From the IMG/VR virus record IMGVR_UViG_3300008266_000155, positions 1-59,303 of that record: a DNA stretch of 59,303 nucleotides. The stretch is one strand, 5' to 3'. The stretch's first letter is position 1. Each line of letters opens with the position of its first letter. The notes beneath the pieces are model-generated. The model was not told where the DNA came from. It saw only the letters and a list, made by a program, of their open reading frames with translations, and made no database searches. Below are positions 35,403-43,280 of this stretch, one piece after another. The translations under genes and the position numbers were made by a program. The DNA is from a virus (lineage: Duplodnaviria; Caudoviricetes).

Positions 35403-36325
35403 GCCCCCCTTGGATGCCGCTGTACGTCGCCGACTATCTCGCCGACACCAGCCACCTCAGCACGCTTGAGCACGGCGCGTATCTGCTGCTGCTCATGCAC
35501 TATTGGCGTCAAGGCAAGCTGCCTTCCGACGACCGCCAGCTCGCGCACGTCGCCCGGATGTCGTTGAAGCAGTGGCTCGCGATTCGCCCAACGATCGCCG
35601 ATTTCTTTAACGAGGGGTGGGTTCATTCCCGTGTCGCGAGGGAGATGGATAAGGCCAACCAGAAGTCAGAGGCAAGGGCGTCCGCCGGGTCGGAGGGAGG
35701 TAAGGCTAAGGCATTGAAATATAAGGGAGCGCCCGCAGCAAAAGCTAGCAATATGCCAGAGCAAACGGTTATCAAAACCCTGCCATCTTCTTCACTACCA
35801 GATGTCACAGAAGATAAATCTGACGATTTACCTTCTCCGCTCGGCGCCGCCGAGCAGAAAGCGACGAAGCAAAAACGGGCAACCCGGCTTCCTGCCGACT
35901 GGCGACCGTCAGAAAAAAACCGATCCGACGCGCTCCGGCTCGGCGTGCCCGGCTCGTCCGTCGATCGGCTCGCCGAGCGGTTTCGCGATTACTGGACCGC
36001 CAAGGCCGGAAAGGATGGCGCAAAGCTCGATTGGGATGCCACGTTTCGCAACTGGTGCTCCAACGAGTGCGAGCGCCGAGGCTGGGCGCCAATGCTCGCC
36101 GATGGCGATGGGCCATTGACAGGCGACACGACCGCCAGCGGACGGTTCTACGCCATGCAGGACACGCCAGAATTTGACGCTTGGGCGCAGCACACTCGGA
36201 AGCGCATGGCCGACGCCAAGGGGGGCTGGTGGTTTGAATCTCGCTGGCCGCCGGGCTGGAAACGCGAAACGCCGGAGCGCGAGGCCCCGGCGTCTGGTGT
36301 CTTCGCCTTCGAGGACAGCAGCTAG
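35399..36325 (+). CDS. DUF1376/YdaU-type replication initiator
   Basis: 'WMPLYVADYLADTSHLSTLEHGAYLLLLMHYW'; C-terminal 'FRDYW...KLDWDATFRNW'. Confidence 0.85.
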   Translation: MSPPWMPLYVADYLADTSHLSTLEHGAYLLLLMHYWRQGKLPSDDRQLAHVARMSLKQWLAIRPTIADFFNEGWVHSRVAREMDKANQKSEARASAGSEGGKAKALKYKGAPAAKASNMPEQTVIKTLPSSSLPDVTEDKSDDLPSPLGAAEQKATKQKRATRLPADWRPSEKNRSDALRLGVPGSSVDRLAERFRDYWTAKAGKDGAKLDWDATFRNWCSNECERRGWAPMLADGDGPLTGDTTASGRFYAMQDTPEFDAWAQHTRKRMADAKGGWWFESRWPPGWKRETPEREAPASGVFAFEDSS

Positions 36326-36555
36326 GAGATCCGCTCGATGCGGGCGCCGTGTAGCTGCTCCGGTGGCACGACGATCGTTCCCGGCGGCTGTTGGCGCCTC
36401 GCCCGGCCGCCGGTCAGGGTCCAGCGCTCGGCCTGGCTGGGCCGCCACGAGGCGCACCGCGACTGGATCCGCAGCCGCTGGCCTTTCCCGAGCGGCACCG
36501 CGATGAGCCGATCCTCGCCGTAGCGAGTGGCGCGGAGGACATGCCAGCCGAACAT
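36322..36555 (-). CDS. Hypothetical protein
   Basis: TGATG-coupled last gene of the leftward early operon. Confidence 0.45.
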   Translation of the reverse strand: MFGWHVLRATRYGEDRLIAVPLGKGQRLRIQSRCASWRPSQAERWTLTGGRARRQQPPGTIVVPPEQLHGARIERIS

Positions 36556-36830
36556 CAGCGCGGCCCCCCGACGCGGCTGGACCGGGCGAGGGCGATCGCA
36601 GGCCGGATGAACTCGTCGATGGCAATCTGCCGCCAGTTGGCGCGGCGCAGCCGCTCCTCGCAGGCTTCGATGTCGCTGAGGTCGACCAGCGGCCAAGCGT
36701 TGAGCACGTCGGCCGCCTGCTCAATAACGCGATCGTAGACCGGCTGCATGTCGCGGCCGTTGAGGTTGGCGGCCGGCGGCAAGCGCCCGAAAACGGACCC
36801 GCTGAACACTATGAGAAAAGCACCCATCAT
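36555..36830 (-). CDS. Hypothetical protein
   Basis: AGGAG RBS upstream of 36830. Confidence 0.5.
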   Translation of the reverse strand: MMGAFLIVFSGSVFGRLPPAANLNGRDMQPVYDRVIEQAADVLNAWPLVDLSDIEACEERLRRANWRQIAIDEFIRPAIALARSSRVGGPR

Positions 36831-36854
36831 GTTGTCTCTCCTGAAATCTCGATG

Positions 36855-37058
36855 TCACCAGCTCATCGTGGCGCGGGCCCACACATCCGCAGGGATGCCC
36901 CTGGGCGGCGCCGCCGGATCCTCCTGCACTGCCGCCGGCCGCGGATCGTTTACGGCCGGCTTGCTCGTCAGGCAGAAGGAGATGCAGAGGCGGCCGACGC
37001 GCAGGAAGCGGATGCCTCCCACGCGGCGGGCGCTGACGTTGAAGATATGCGCGCTCAT
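36855..37058 (-). CDS. Small hypothetical protein
   Basis: MSAHIFNVSARRVGGIRFLRVGRLCISFC; ATGA coupling. Confidence 0.55.
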   Translation of the reverse strand: MSAHIFNVSARRVGGIRFLRVGRLCISFCLTSKPAVNDPRPAAVQEDPAAPPRGIPADVWARATMSW

Positions 37059-37543
37059 GCCTGCCGAGCCCCGGCGGAAGGCGGCAGGTGCGGCGCCAGC
37101 TCGTCCGCGCACGCCTTGGCGAGGGCTGGTGCGCTGTTGCCGTACACATAGCTCTGCAGGGCGTGATAGCAGGCGATCAGCAGGCCGACAGGCACCGTGA
37201 TGTGCATGCTCGTGGTGGGCGACGTCGCCGGCCCCTCCGGCGTCTCTGCTGCGGCGGCCTCCGCCTCGCGGCGATCGGCCAGCCAGACCCGCGCCAGCTT
37301 GCAGGCGTGCGCGGTAGCCTCGAACATCTGATCGTGGCCGGTGCGCACGCCATTGGCGAGCACGAAGAAGCCGACGGCCGCTCGGCCGATCTGGATCCCG
37401 ACCAGCACGAGGTCATGGGTCACCTCAACGATCTCGGTATCGTCGCCCCGGTCATCGATCGGGCCAAACACATCGAAACCGGAATCGACCAGCACCAGCG
37501 CGCGCCGCGCCTTGCCGGGGAGTGTCACTCTGCTGCTGTTCAT
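37055..37543 (-). CDS. Hypothetical protein
   Basis: Leader AAAGGACGCGACG-ATG. Confidence 0.6.
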   Translation of the reverse strand: MNSSRVTLPGKARRALVLVDSGFDVFGPIDDRGDDTEIVEVTHDLVLVGIQIGRAAVGFFVLANGVRTGHDQMFEATAHACKLARVWLADRREAEAAAAETPEGPATSPTTSMHITVPVGLLIACYHALQSYVYGNSAPALAKACADELAPHLPPSAGARQA

Positions 37544-37616
37544 CGTCGCGTCCTTTCGATTCCGGGCATTGGCGCCCGCCAACGCCGGCCCCGCAAAGGG
37601 CCGGCGCGAGCTGGCG

Positions 37617-37850
37617 TCACATGAACCCAAGCCATTCCCCGGCGTCGTTGCGGCCCATGTCGAGCCGGTCGTTGTAGATCGCGTCGCGCGAGCAGGTTTC
37701 GTCGTCCGGCAGGCCGTAGGCGTTGCGCTCGAAATCCTCGGCCTCGCGCGTCTCGGCCTCGCAGTCGGCCAAGGTGTAGGCGATCTCGGCTGCCGTCATG
37801 CCGTTGGCCAGCATCTCGGCGATCTGCTCGATGTCGGTGATCTTCATCAC
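37617..37850 (-). CDS. Small acidic hypothetical protein
   Basis: AGGAGG RBS; Asp/Glu-rich. Confidence 0.65.
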   Translation of the reverse strand: MMKITDIEQIAEMLANGMTAAEIAYTLADCEAETREAEDFERNAYGLPDDETCSRDAIYNDRLDMGRNDAGEWLGFM

Positions 37851-37963
37851 TTCCTCCTGTTGCGCTCGTAGGCGCGCACCGCTTCGATGTGGCTGACGGT
37901 GATCCCGACGAACAGGACCAGCGGCGGGATGATCGCGAGAGCGATCTGGACGTCGATGCTCAT
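37847..37963 (-). CDS. Small membrane peptide (38 aa)
   Basis: MSIDVQIALAIIPPLVLFVGITVSH...; overlaps both neighbours. Confidence 0.5.
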   Translation of the reverse strand: MSIDVQIALAIIPPLVLFVGITVSHIEAVRAYERNRRK

Positions 37964-38229
37964 GCCGACACCTTGAGGCGTTCGAGCACGACCGCGACGG
38001 CGCGCGCCGCGACGCCGCCGCTGTAGTGGGTGACGAGGCCGTCGCCGTCCCACTCGTTGACGTAATAGATCGCGCCGCCCTCGTGGTAGATCTGGACTTC
38101 CAGCTCGGTGACCTGCTGGTCGGCGTCGAGGATTTCGAGGCAGTCGTCGGCCAGCTCGTCGCCCGGGATGTGGCGCGCGCTGTAGCCGTGCGGCGCGAGG
38201 GCTTCTTTCAGCAAGGTGAGAATGCTCAT
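37960..38229 (-). CDS. Hypothetical protein
   Basis: Leader AGGAGACGCGACC-ATG. Confidence 0.6.
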   Translation of the reverse strand: MSILTLLKEALAPHGYSARHIPGDELADDCLEILDADQQVTELEVQIYHEGGAIYYVNEWDGDGLVTHYSGGVAARAVAVVLERLKVSA

Positions 38230-38295
38230 GGTCGCGTCTCCTGTGGTCGGGCTGATCCCCGTGACTGCCGCCCTTGCGGGCGGCACGCGCTGAGA

Positions 38296-38676
38296 TCAGA
38301 AAGGCAGGGATTCGTAGGTGGGCGCCGGCTCGTCCTCGGCGCCGCAGTCGCACCCGACGCGGTAGAGCTGCTGGTCGCAGCAGCGGCAGCCGTTGAAGCG
38401 CCGAACGGGGCGATCCCCGTATTCGGCCGCTTCGTAGACGGCCTGCTCGTCGAGGTGATCCGGCTCGGCCGCCGGCTCGGTGCCGAACAGCGCGGCGAGC
38501 GTGACGCCCTTGACGGTGATCTTGCCGATGCCGTCGTAGGAAACGGCGTAGCCGCAGCCGATGTCATAGCTGGTGCCGACCCACTTGATAGCAAAGCGGC
38601 GAGCGCCTTCGACGGTCTTGAAGTTGCGGGTCATGCGGACCCGGTCGATCGAGCGGTAGGTGACGGTGATGGTCAT
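38296..38676 (-). CDS. Hypothetical protein with Cys-rich C-terminus
   Basis: Leader AAGGACGCGACC-ATG; 'CRCCDQQL..VGCDCG'. Confidence 0.65.
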   Translation of the reverse strand: MTITVTYRSIDRVRMTRNFKTVEGARRFAIKWVGTSYDIGCGYAVSYDGIGKITVKGVTLAALFGTEPAAEPDHLDEQAVYEAAEYGDRPVRRFNGCRCCDQQLYRVGCDCGAEDEPAPTYESLPF

Positions 38677-38743
38677 GGTCGCGTCCTTCTGGTGGGGGCT
38701 GCCTTCATTCGGAGCCCGGCGGAACCGGGCTCCTATGTGAAGG

Positions 38744-39115
38744 TCAGGCGTCGGGGTAAACGGCCCGGTAGAGCGCCATGCACTCCGGGTTGTCGGTGTG
38801 ATCGGCGATCAGCTCGGATCCGTCCTCGGCGTTGCCGTAGACCAGCGAGAACCAGCCGACCTTGTTGCCGGTCGCGTCGCGGATGATGAGCTGGTCCTCG
38901 TCGGTGCTGAACAGCAGCGCCATGATCTCGGTCTTCTTCGAGAGCTTCTTGCCGACCCACTCCTCGCCGTCGAAGACGGAGACGACGTAGCCGGCATCGA
39001 GCGCGGCGGTGATGAGCTTGCCGGCGACGCGGCCCTCGGCCGTGAAGCGGTTGGCCAGGACGGTTTCGCCCTCGGCGCGGGCGGCGGTGGCGGCGGTGGT
39101 GAACGGGGTCTGCAT
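38744..39115 (-). CDS. Hypothetical early protein
   Basis: AGGAG RBS; first gene after the leftward promoter. Confidence 0.65.
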   Translation of the reverse strand: MQTPFTTAATAARAEGETVLANRFTAEGRVAGKLITAALDAGYVVSVFDGEEWVGKKLSKKTEIMALLFSTDEDQLIIRDATGNKVGWFSLVYGNAEDGSELIADHTDNPECMALYRAVYPDA

Positions 39116-39138
39116 GGGGTGTCTCCTGGGGTTCGCGT

Positions 39139-39180
39139 TGTCTCCGGTGGAGACAATAAGCCCCAAAATGGACCCGTCAA
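39139..39180 (-). promoter_or_regulatory. Sigma70-type early promoter overlapped by a perfect operator palindrome
   Basis: TTGACG-N16-TATTGT on the minus strand with an upstream A-tract; TGTCTC-N5-GAGACA at 39139-39155. Confidence 0.7.
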
Positions 39181-39286
39181 CTGTTTTTTATTTCGCAGCA
39201 ATATCAACGACTTGCGGCCCGCCTTCGCGCGAGGCTCGTCACTTTTGGTGACTTGACGCGATGTCTCCGAGCGTGTCGATTGCAGT

Positions 39287-39362
39287 CGTGGAGTGGCGCA
39301 GCGGTCAGCGCATCGGCCTCATAAGCCGAGGGTCGCGGGTTCAAATCCCGCCTCCGCAACCA
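39287..39362 (+). tRNA. tRNA-Met (CAT), initiator-like
   Basis: Cloverleaf: acceptor CGTGGAG/CTCCGCA with C1:A72 mismatch, anticodon arm TCGGC-CTCATAA-GCCGA, T arm GCGGG-TTCAAAT-CCCGC, encoded CCA. Confidence 0.92.
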
Positions 39363-39363
39363 A

Positions 39364-40135
39364 TTCGCCCGCAAGGGCGTCCGGTAAGGTGGGCGGGGTT
39401 TCGGGTTCCTGCAGCGCCTTTTGTCTCGCGGAGAGAACCCGAGGGTGGCGACCGACGCCTGACGCCGGCCAAAGCGCCGGTCAGAGGCCGGCGCGTCCCG
39501 AAAGCCGCGACCGGCCCGAGAATTGGAGATCGCGATGCCGCCGCTGGGCGGGGTGTCGTGGGGCTCGACGACGAAGCGGCGAGGTGAATGGCGCTGCAGA
39601 AATCGTGACGGGGCGGTGCGGGGCGAATGCCCGCTGCGTCCTGGCCCAACCTATCGCCCGCCTAAGCAAGCGGGAAGCGGTGCAGCGGGGTTCGAGTCCC
39701 CAAGCGGATCGGGCAGCAATCCGGCTCGCGCAGGTGCAAGACCGTGATGCCGGTGCAAGCCCGGCTGCTGTTTCGCCCGTAAGGGCGCACGACATCCTCG
39801 CCGGGGGATGACACGGCCCTGCCAGGTTGCGCGCGCAGCTTGATCGCAGGTGACGGAATCCGGGCCGATGGGCGAGCGGACTTAAAGCGCCCCGAAGCTC
39901 GAGGCCATTGCGCGCCTCGAGCCAAGTTTCGCCCGAACGGGCAACGAAGTCTGGCCCCGGCGGGAGCATCCCCGTCGTCGGATGCTCGAGGAGAAGCCCG
40001 TGGCGCCCGCCCGTGCTTCAACGGGCCGGATAGAACCTGCCGCGCACGCCCCCGCGCGGTGGATGGCGAGGAAGCAGGGCGTCGGAACCACCACATGGTA
40101 TCTGACACCCGGCGCTCTGCTTCCAAGCCGCCAAC
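39364..40135 (+). ncRNA. Candidate large structured non-coding RNA
   Basis: No RBS-supported gene; many nested helices, GNRA loops and T-loop motifs (see findings). Confidence 0.6.
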
Positions 40136-40163
40136 AGCCCCTCGCGACAGGAGCGACCGACCC

Positions 40164-40502
40164 GTGACCACCACACGCAACCGCGACAACCCCGACGGCG
40201 GCGACGCCGAGCGCGACGCAGCTGATCCGCTGACGCCTGATGAGCGCGCAATCGTCGAGGGTTTCCGCCGCACATGCGACGAGAACGATTGGTGCGGCTG
40301 CCGCGCCCACCTCGCTCTTGGCGGCGAGCCCACGAAAGCGCAGCGCGAAATCATCCGCAGCCTCGTCGCGCGCGGGCTGCTGCGCTTGGAGCGCGGCGGC
40401 CAGGACGAGGACGGCCAATTCATCGGCGGCACGTTCTACGGCGTCACGTTCGAGGGCAAATGGGCCCTGAAATGGACGCCCCAGCGCGAGCTGCCGCTGT
40501 GA
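40164..40502 (+). CDS. Hypothetical protein, possible winged helix
   Basis: AGGAG RBS and GTG start; 'IIRSLVARGLL...YGVTFEGK'. Confidence 0.55.
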   Translation: MTTTRNRDNPDGGDAERDAADPLTPDERAIVEGFRRTCDENDWCGCRAHLALGGEPTKAQREIIRSLVARGLLRLERGGQDEDGQFIGGTFYGVTFEGKWALKWTPQRELPL

Positions 40503-40585
40503 CCGGCCCCTTCGTCTCGCCGCTGCGCGCATGGCTGGAAAGCTGCCGCGGCCCTCACCTCACGCACCAACCGGAAGACACCACC

Positions 40586-41140
40586 ATGGGCACCGCCAGG
40601 AACATCGACGAGCTGAACAACGTGGTCGACGCGCTTCTCGACCGTATCAGCAAGAGCGACGCGACGTTGGAGCGCATCCAGCGCACCATCGTGGAGATCG
40701 AACAGCGGCTCGACGCGCAGACGAAGGCGCGCGCAGCGCTCGAGATGAGGATCAACGCCGTCCATCCCCGCCCGCTGGATCCGGCGCAATGGACGCAAGA
40801 GCAGATTGCCGAGTTCACCGCGGCGGCGGCCACCATGAAGCCAGCGCCGCTCACCCGCATCCTGCCAAGCGGCGCGACCGCTGACGTCTACCGCGCCATG
40901 CGCCGCGACCTCCCGACCGACCAGACGCGCATCGTCGCGCTCGCCAGTTACGACGACGTCCGCAGCAAGCCGTTCGCCGAGCTGCCATCGCCCAACACCA
41001 TCCGCCACCTGCCGTCAGGCGACCACGCCCTGCTGATCTCGCACGGTGACGAGCTGGAGCTGATCGGCATCGTGCCCGGGAACCAGACGCTGACCGAGCA
41101 CGCCATGCGCACCGCCGTCCAGCGCTGGTTCGGCCGATGA
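40586..41140 (+). CDS. Hypothetical coiled-coil protein
   Basis: MGTARNIDELNNVVDALL...; coupled to the next gene. Confidence 0.6.
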   Translation: MGTARNIDELNNVVDALLDRISKSDATLERIQRTIVEIEQRLDAQTKARAALEMRINAVHPRPLDPAQWTQEQIAEFTAAAATMKPAPLTRILPSGATADVYRAMRRDLPTDQTRIVALASYDDVRSKPFAELPSPNTIRHLPSGDHALLISHGDELELIGIVPGNQTLTEHAMRTAVQRWFGR

Positions 41141-41409
41141 GCAGGGCGGCGCAGATCCGCGCCCTGTTCAAGGAAGGCGCGACCTACAGCCAGATCAACC
41201 GGCGCCTGGGCGACGTGACCAAGGACGAGTACGAGGCAGCCGTCAGGATCCTGCGCATCGTGATAGGCATGAGCGTGCGCGCGAAGCGCGCAGCAGCGAT
41301 CGTCGACCGTGACGAGCTGCAGGAGGCAGGCATCGAGCCGATTGATGTCATGTTCACCAAGCCGCTGCGCGCAGGCCGGCGGCGAAGCCGCGAGGAGGAA
41401 GACGCATGA
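41137..41409 (+). CDS. Hypothetical protein
   Basis: ATGA coupling. Confidence 0.55.
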   Translation: MSRAAQIRALFKEGATYSQINRRLGDVTKDEYEAAVRILRIVIGMSVRAKRAAAIVDRDELQEAGIEPIDVMFTKPLRAGRRRSREEEDA

Positions 41410-41477
41410 TCGTCATGGAGCCCGCGCTGTGGCTGCTGATCGGCATCATCATCGGATTGGTATGGGGCAGCCTATGA
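41406..41477 (+). CDS. 23-aa hydrophobic peptide
   Basis: GAGGAGG RBS; ATGA overlaps at both ends; MIVMEPALWLLIGIIIGLVWGSL. Confidence 0.45.
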   Translation: MIVMEPALWLLIGIIIGLVWGSL

Positions 41478-41743
41478 GCGACAACATTATCCCGATCCAC
41501 GGCAACCATGTGCCAGGACAGCCGGTCGCGGACATCGTTGACATGCTGGCCGATATGCTGATCCGCGCGCAGAAAGGCGACATCACCGCGCTCGCGGTGG
41601 TCGAATACAACAGCGCCAGCGACGTCACCGCGACGCACTGGTCTGGCATCGGCGGAACCCGGCATCCGCTTGGAACCGGAATCGCCATGCTGCAGCACCG
41701 ATACATCGCTGGCATGCTCGAATGTGGATGCAAAAGGTCATGA
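41474..41743 (+). CDS. Hypothetical protein
   Basis: MSDNIIPIHG...AQKGDITALAVV; ATGA coupling. Confidence 0.6.
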   Translation: MSDNIIPIHGNHVPGQPVADIVDMLADMLIRAQKGDITALAVVEYNSASDVTATHWSGIGGTRHPLGTGIAMLQHRYIAGMLECGCKRS

Positions 41744-42075
41744 GCATCAGGATCACAGACGACGAGCTGGCCGCGTTCCAGGCCGAGTGCCCGAGCGCGG
41801 CCAAGGTCACGTTCGACGACGATGACTGGTACGGTCATACCGCCATCGGCGTCACCTTTACCGACGGGCGCCAGCACGGCGCCATGTTCGCCGCTGCATG
41901 GAACGCCCGCGCGCCCAAGGACGAGCGACGAGCCGCAATGCTCAAGCGCGCGGCTCACATGCTGCTGGAATGGTGGGAGCGACCCCGCCCCGCCCCGGCC
42001 CCAATCACACTCACGCCGCAGGCGTCGAAATTTTTCGGCGACAATATCCCACCCCAGGAGGGACATGGGCCATGA
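41740..42075 (+). CDS. Hypothetical protein
   Basis: ATGA coupling. Confidence 0.55.
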   Translation: MSIRITDDELAAFQAECPSAAKVTFDDDDWYGHTAIGVTFTDGRQHGAMFAAAWNARAPKDERRAAMLKRAAHMLLEWWERPRPAPAPITLTPQASKFFGDNIPPQEGHGP

Positions 42076-42218
42076 TTAACCTCTGGTTCGGGCGCATCAT
42101 CGTCGCCTGTCTGCCTTTCCTCGCCTTCGCAGGCATCGTTCTGGCCCTGATTGCCGTCTCTCTCGTGTTCGGCTTCTCCAACTATACCCATAGCTGGAAT
42201 ACAGGCCCAACATTCTGA
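42072..42218 (+). CDS. Small membrane protein
   Basis: One long TM segment; ATGA coupling. Confidence 0.45.
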   Translation: MINLWFGRIIVACLPFLAFAGIVLALIAVSLVFGFSNYTHSWNTGPTF

Positions 42219-42332
42219 TAACGTTGACGAAACGCCGAGCCCCGGCACAATCAGAGATGGGATGTGATGGGATAAGCGCCCCGCATGTCCCTGGCAGGCC
42301 CCATGTTCTTCCAGCGCGACGAGGATGAAGCA

Positions 42333-42542
42333 ATGAGCGCGACGAAGCTGACGGCGAAAAGCCCGCGAGTTCTCAAAATGCTTCGGAGGTTCGAAGCCCG
42401 CAAGAGCCTGCCGGATATTGACGCTTTGGGCGCATGTTTTGATCTTGGCTTGCTGAAAAATCTCGGCACTGGCGACAGTCAGAATTGCCAGTGGGAAATT
42501 ACTGACGCCGGCCGCCGCGCCCTCTCCGAGGGGGATGCGTGA
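42333..42542 (+). CDS. Hypothetical protein
   Basis: C-terminal 'WEITDAGRRAL' wing motif; GAGGA RBS. Confidence 0.5.
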   Translation: MSATKLTAKSPRVLKMLRRFEARKSLPDIDALGACFDLGLLKNLGTGDSQNCQWEITDAGRRALSEGDA

Positions 42543-42742
42543 TGGGGAAGGTGACGAGACGAAAAGCGCCGAGCAAACGGCGAATCCTTGCGCGTCTGGC
42601 GCTGGGACGAATTACCCCGATGTCGCACCTCATTCGGCACGACTTGGACAGCCAAGAAACGATTGATCGCTTTGGTCTTTATCTCGACTTCAAGCGCGAG
42701 GTCGTGTGCCGTTGGAGCGCCGCCCTCACTCAAGGAGACTGA
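42539..42742 (+). CDS. Hypothetical protein
   Basis: GTGA coupling. Confidence 0.4.
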   Translation: MMGKVTRRKAPSKRRILARLALGRITPMSHLIRHDLDSQETIDRFGLYLDFKREVVCRWSAALTQGD

Positions 42743-42743
42743 C

Positions 42744-43280
42744 ATGTCCGATCTTGTAAGCTTGGATGACGTGAAGGGGCTGTGCGAGAGATTGTTGTTT
42801 GAGGCGGAGGCCATGCACCTCGCGATTACCGGCGAGGCCGTAGAGGGTACATTCCACGCCTACAACTGGTCAGATAAGCCGCACCGTGTGGTCTATGACG
42901 CGGTTAGGCTCATCCGCGAAGCCGCCACCGCCCTCACCTCCCTATCAAGGGAACTCGCTGCCGAGGCAGAGCGGGATGAGGCGCTGACGCAGCTTGGCGA
43001 CGAAACGCGCGACTATGACGGCGGCTACGAAGCCGGCGCGGGCGACATGGCCGCCGCATCGGACGCGGCGCTTGCCCGCGCCCTCGCCGCCGAAGCCGCG
43101 TCCCTCGCAAAGGACGAGAGGATCGCTGATCTGGAAAAGGCGCTGGAGCCGTTCGCGAGAGAGGCCGACAACGCCGGGGGCCTGGTTCTCGGCCCTGATA
43201 CCGACGACTGGACGCTGAACCACCATAAACTGACGCTCGGTGACATTCGCCGCGCCCGCTCAACCAAGGAGCAGCCATGA
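42744..43280 (+). CDS. Hypothetical coiled-coil phage protein
   Basis: AAGGAG RBS; 'ERIADLEKALEPFA...LTLGDIRRAR'. Confidence 0.6.
   Translation: MSDLVSLDDVKGLCERLLFEAEAMHLAITGEAVEGTFHAYNWSDKPHRVVYDAVRLIREAATALTSLSRELAAEAERDEALTQLGDETRDYDGGYEAGAGDMAAASDAALARALAAEAASLAKDERIADLEKALEPFAREADNAGGLVLGPDTDDWTLNHHKLTLGDIRRARSTKEQP

Noticed and set aside
39287-39362. tRNA as attP/prophage boundary
   Set aside because: No integrase and no duplicated tRNA 3' end were seen; phage genes lie on both sides.
39687-39701. Second tRNA gene suggested by the GGTTCGAGTCC T-loop
   Set aside because: No acceptor stem, anticodon arm or CCA could be built around it; treated as part of the ncRNA candidate.
39261-40167. 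ORFs 39261..39587, 39293..39811, 39523..39747, 39982..40167 and their antisense counterparts
   Set aside because: They overlap the tRNA or the helices, lack an RBS, and have R/P/A/G-rich non-protein-like composition.
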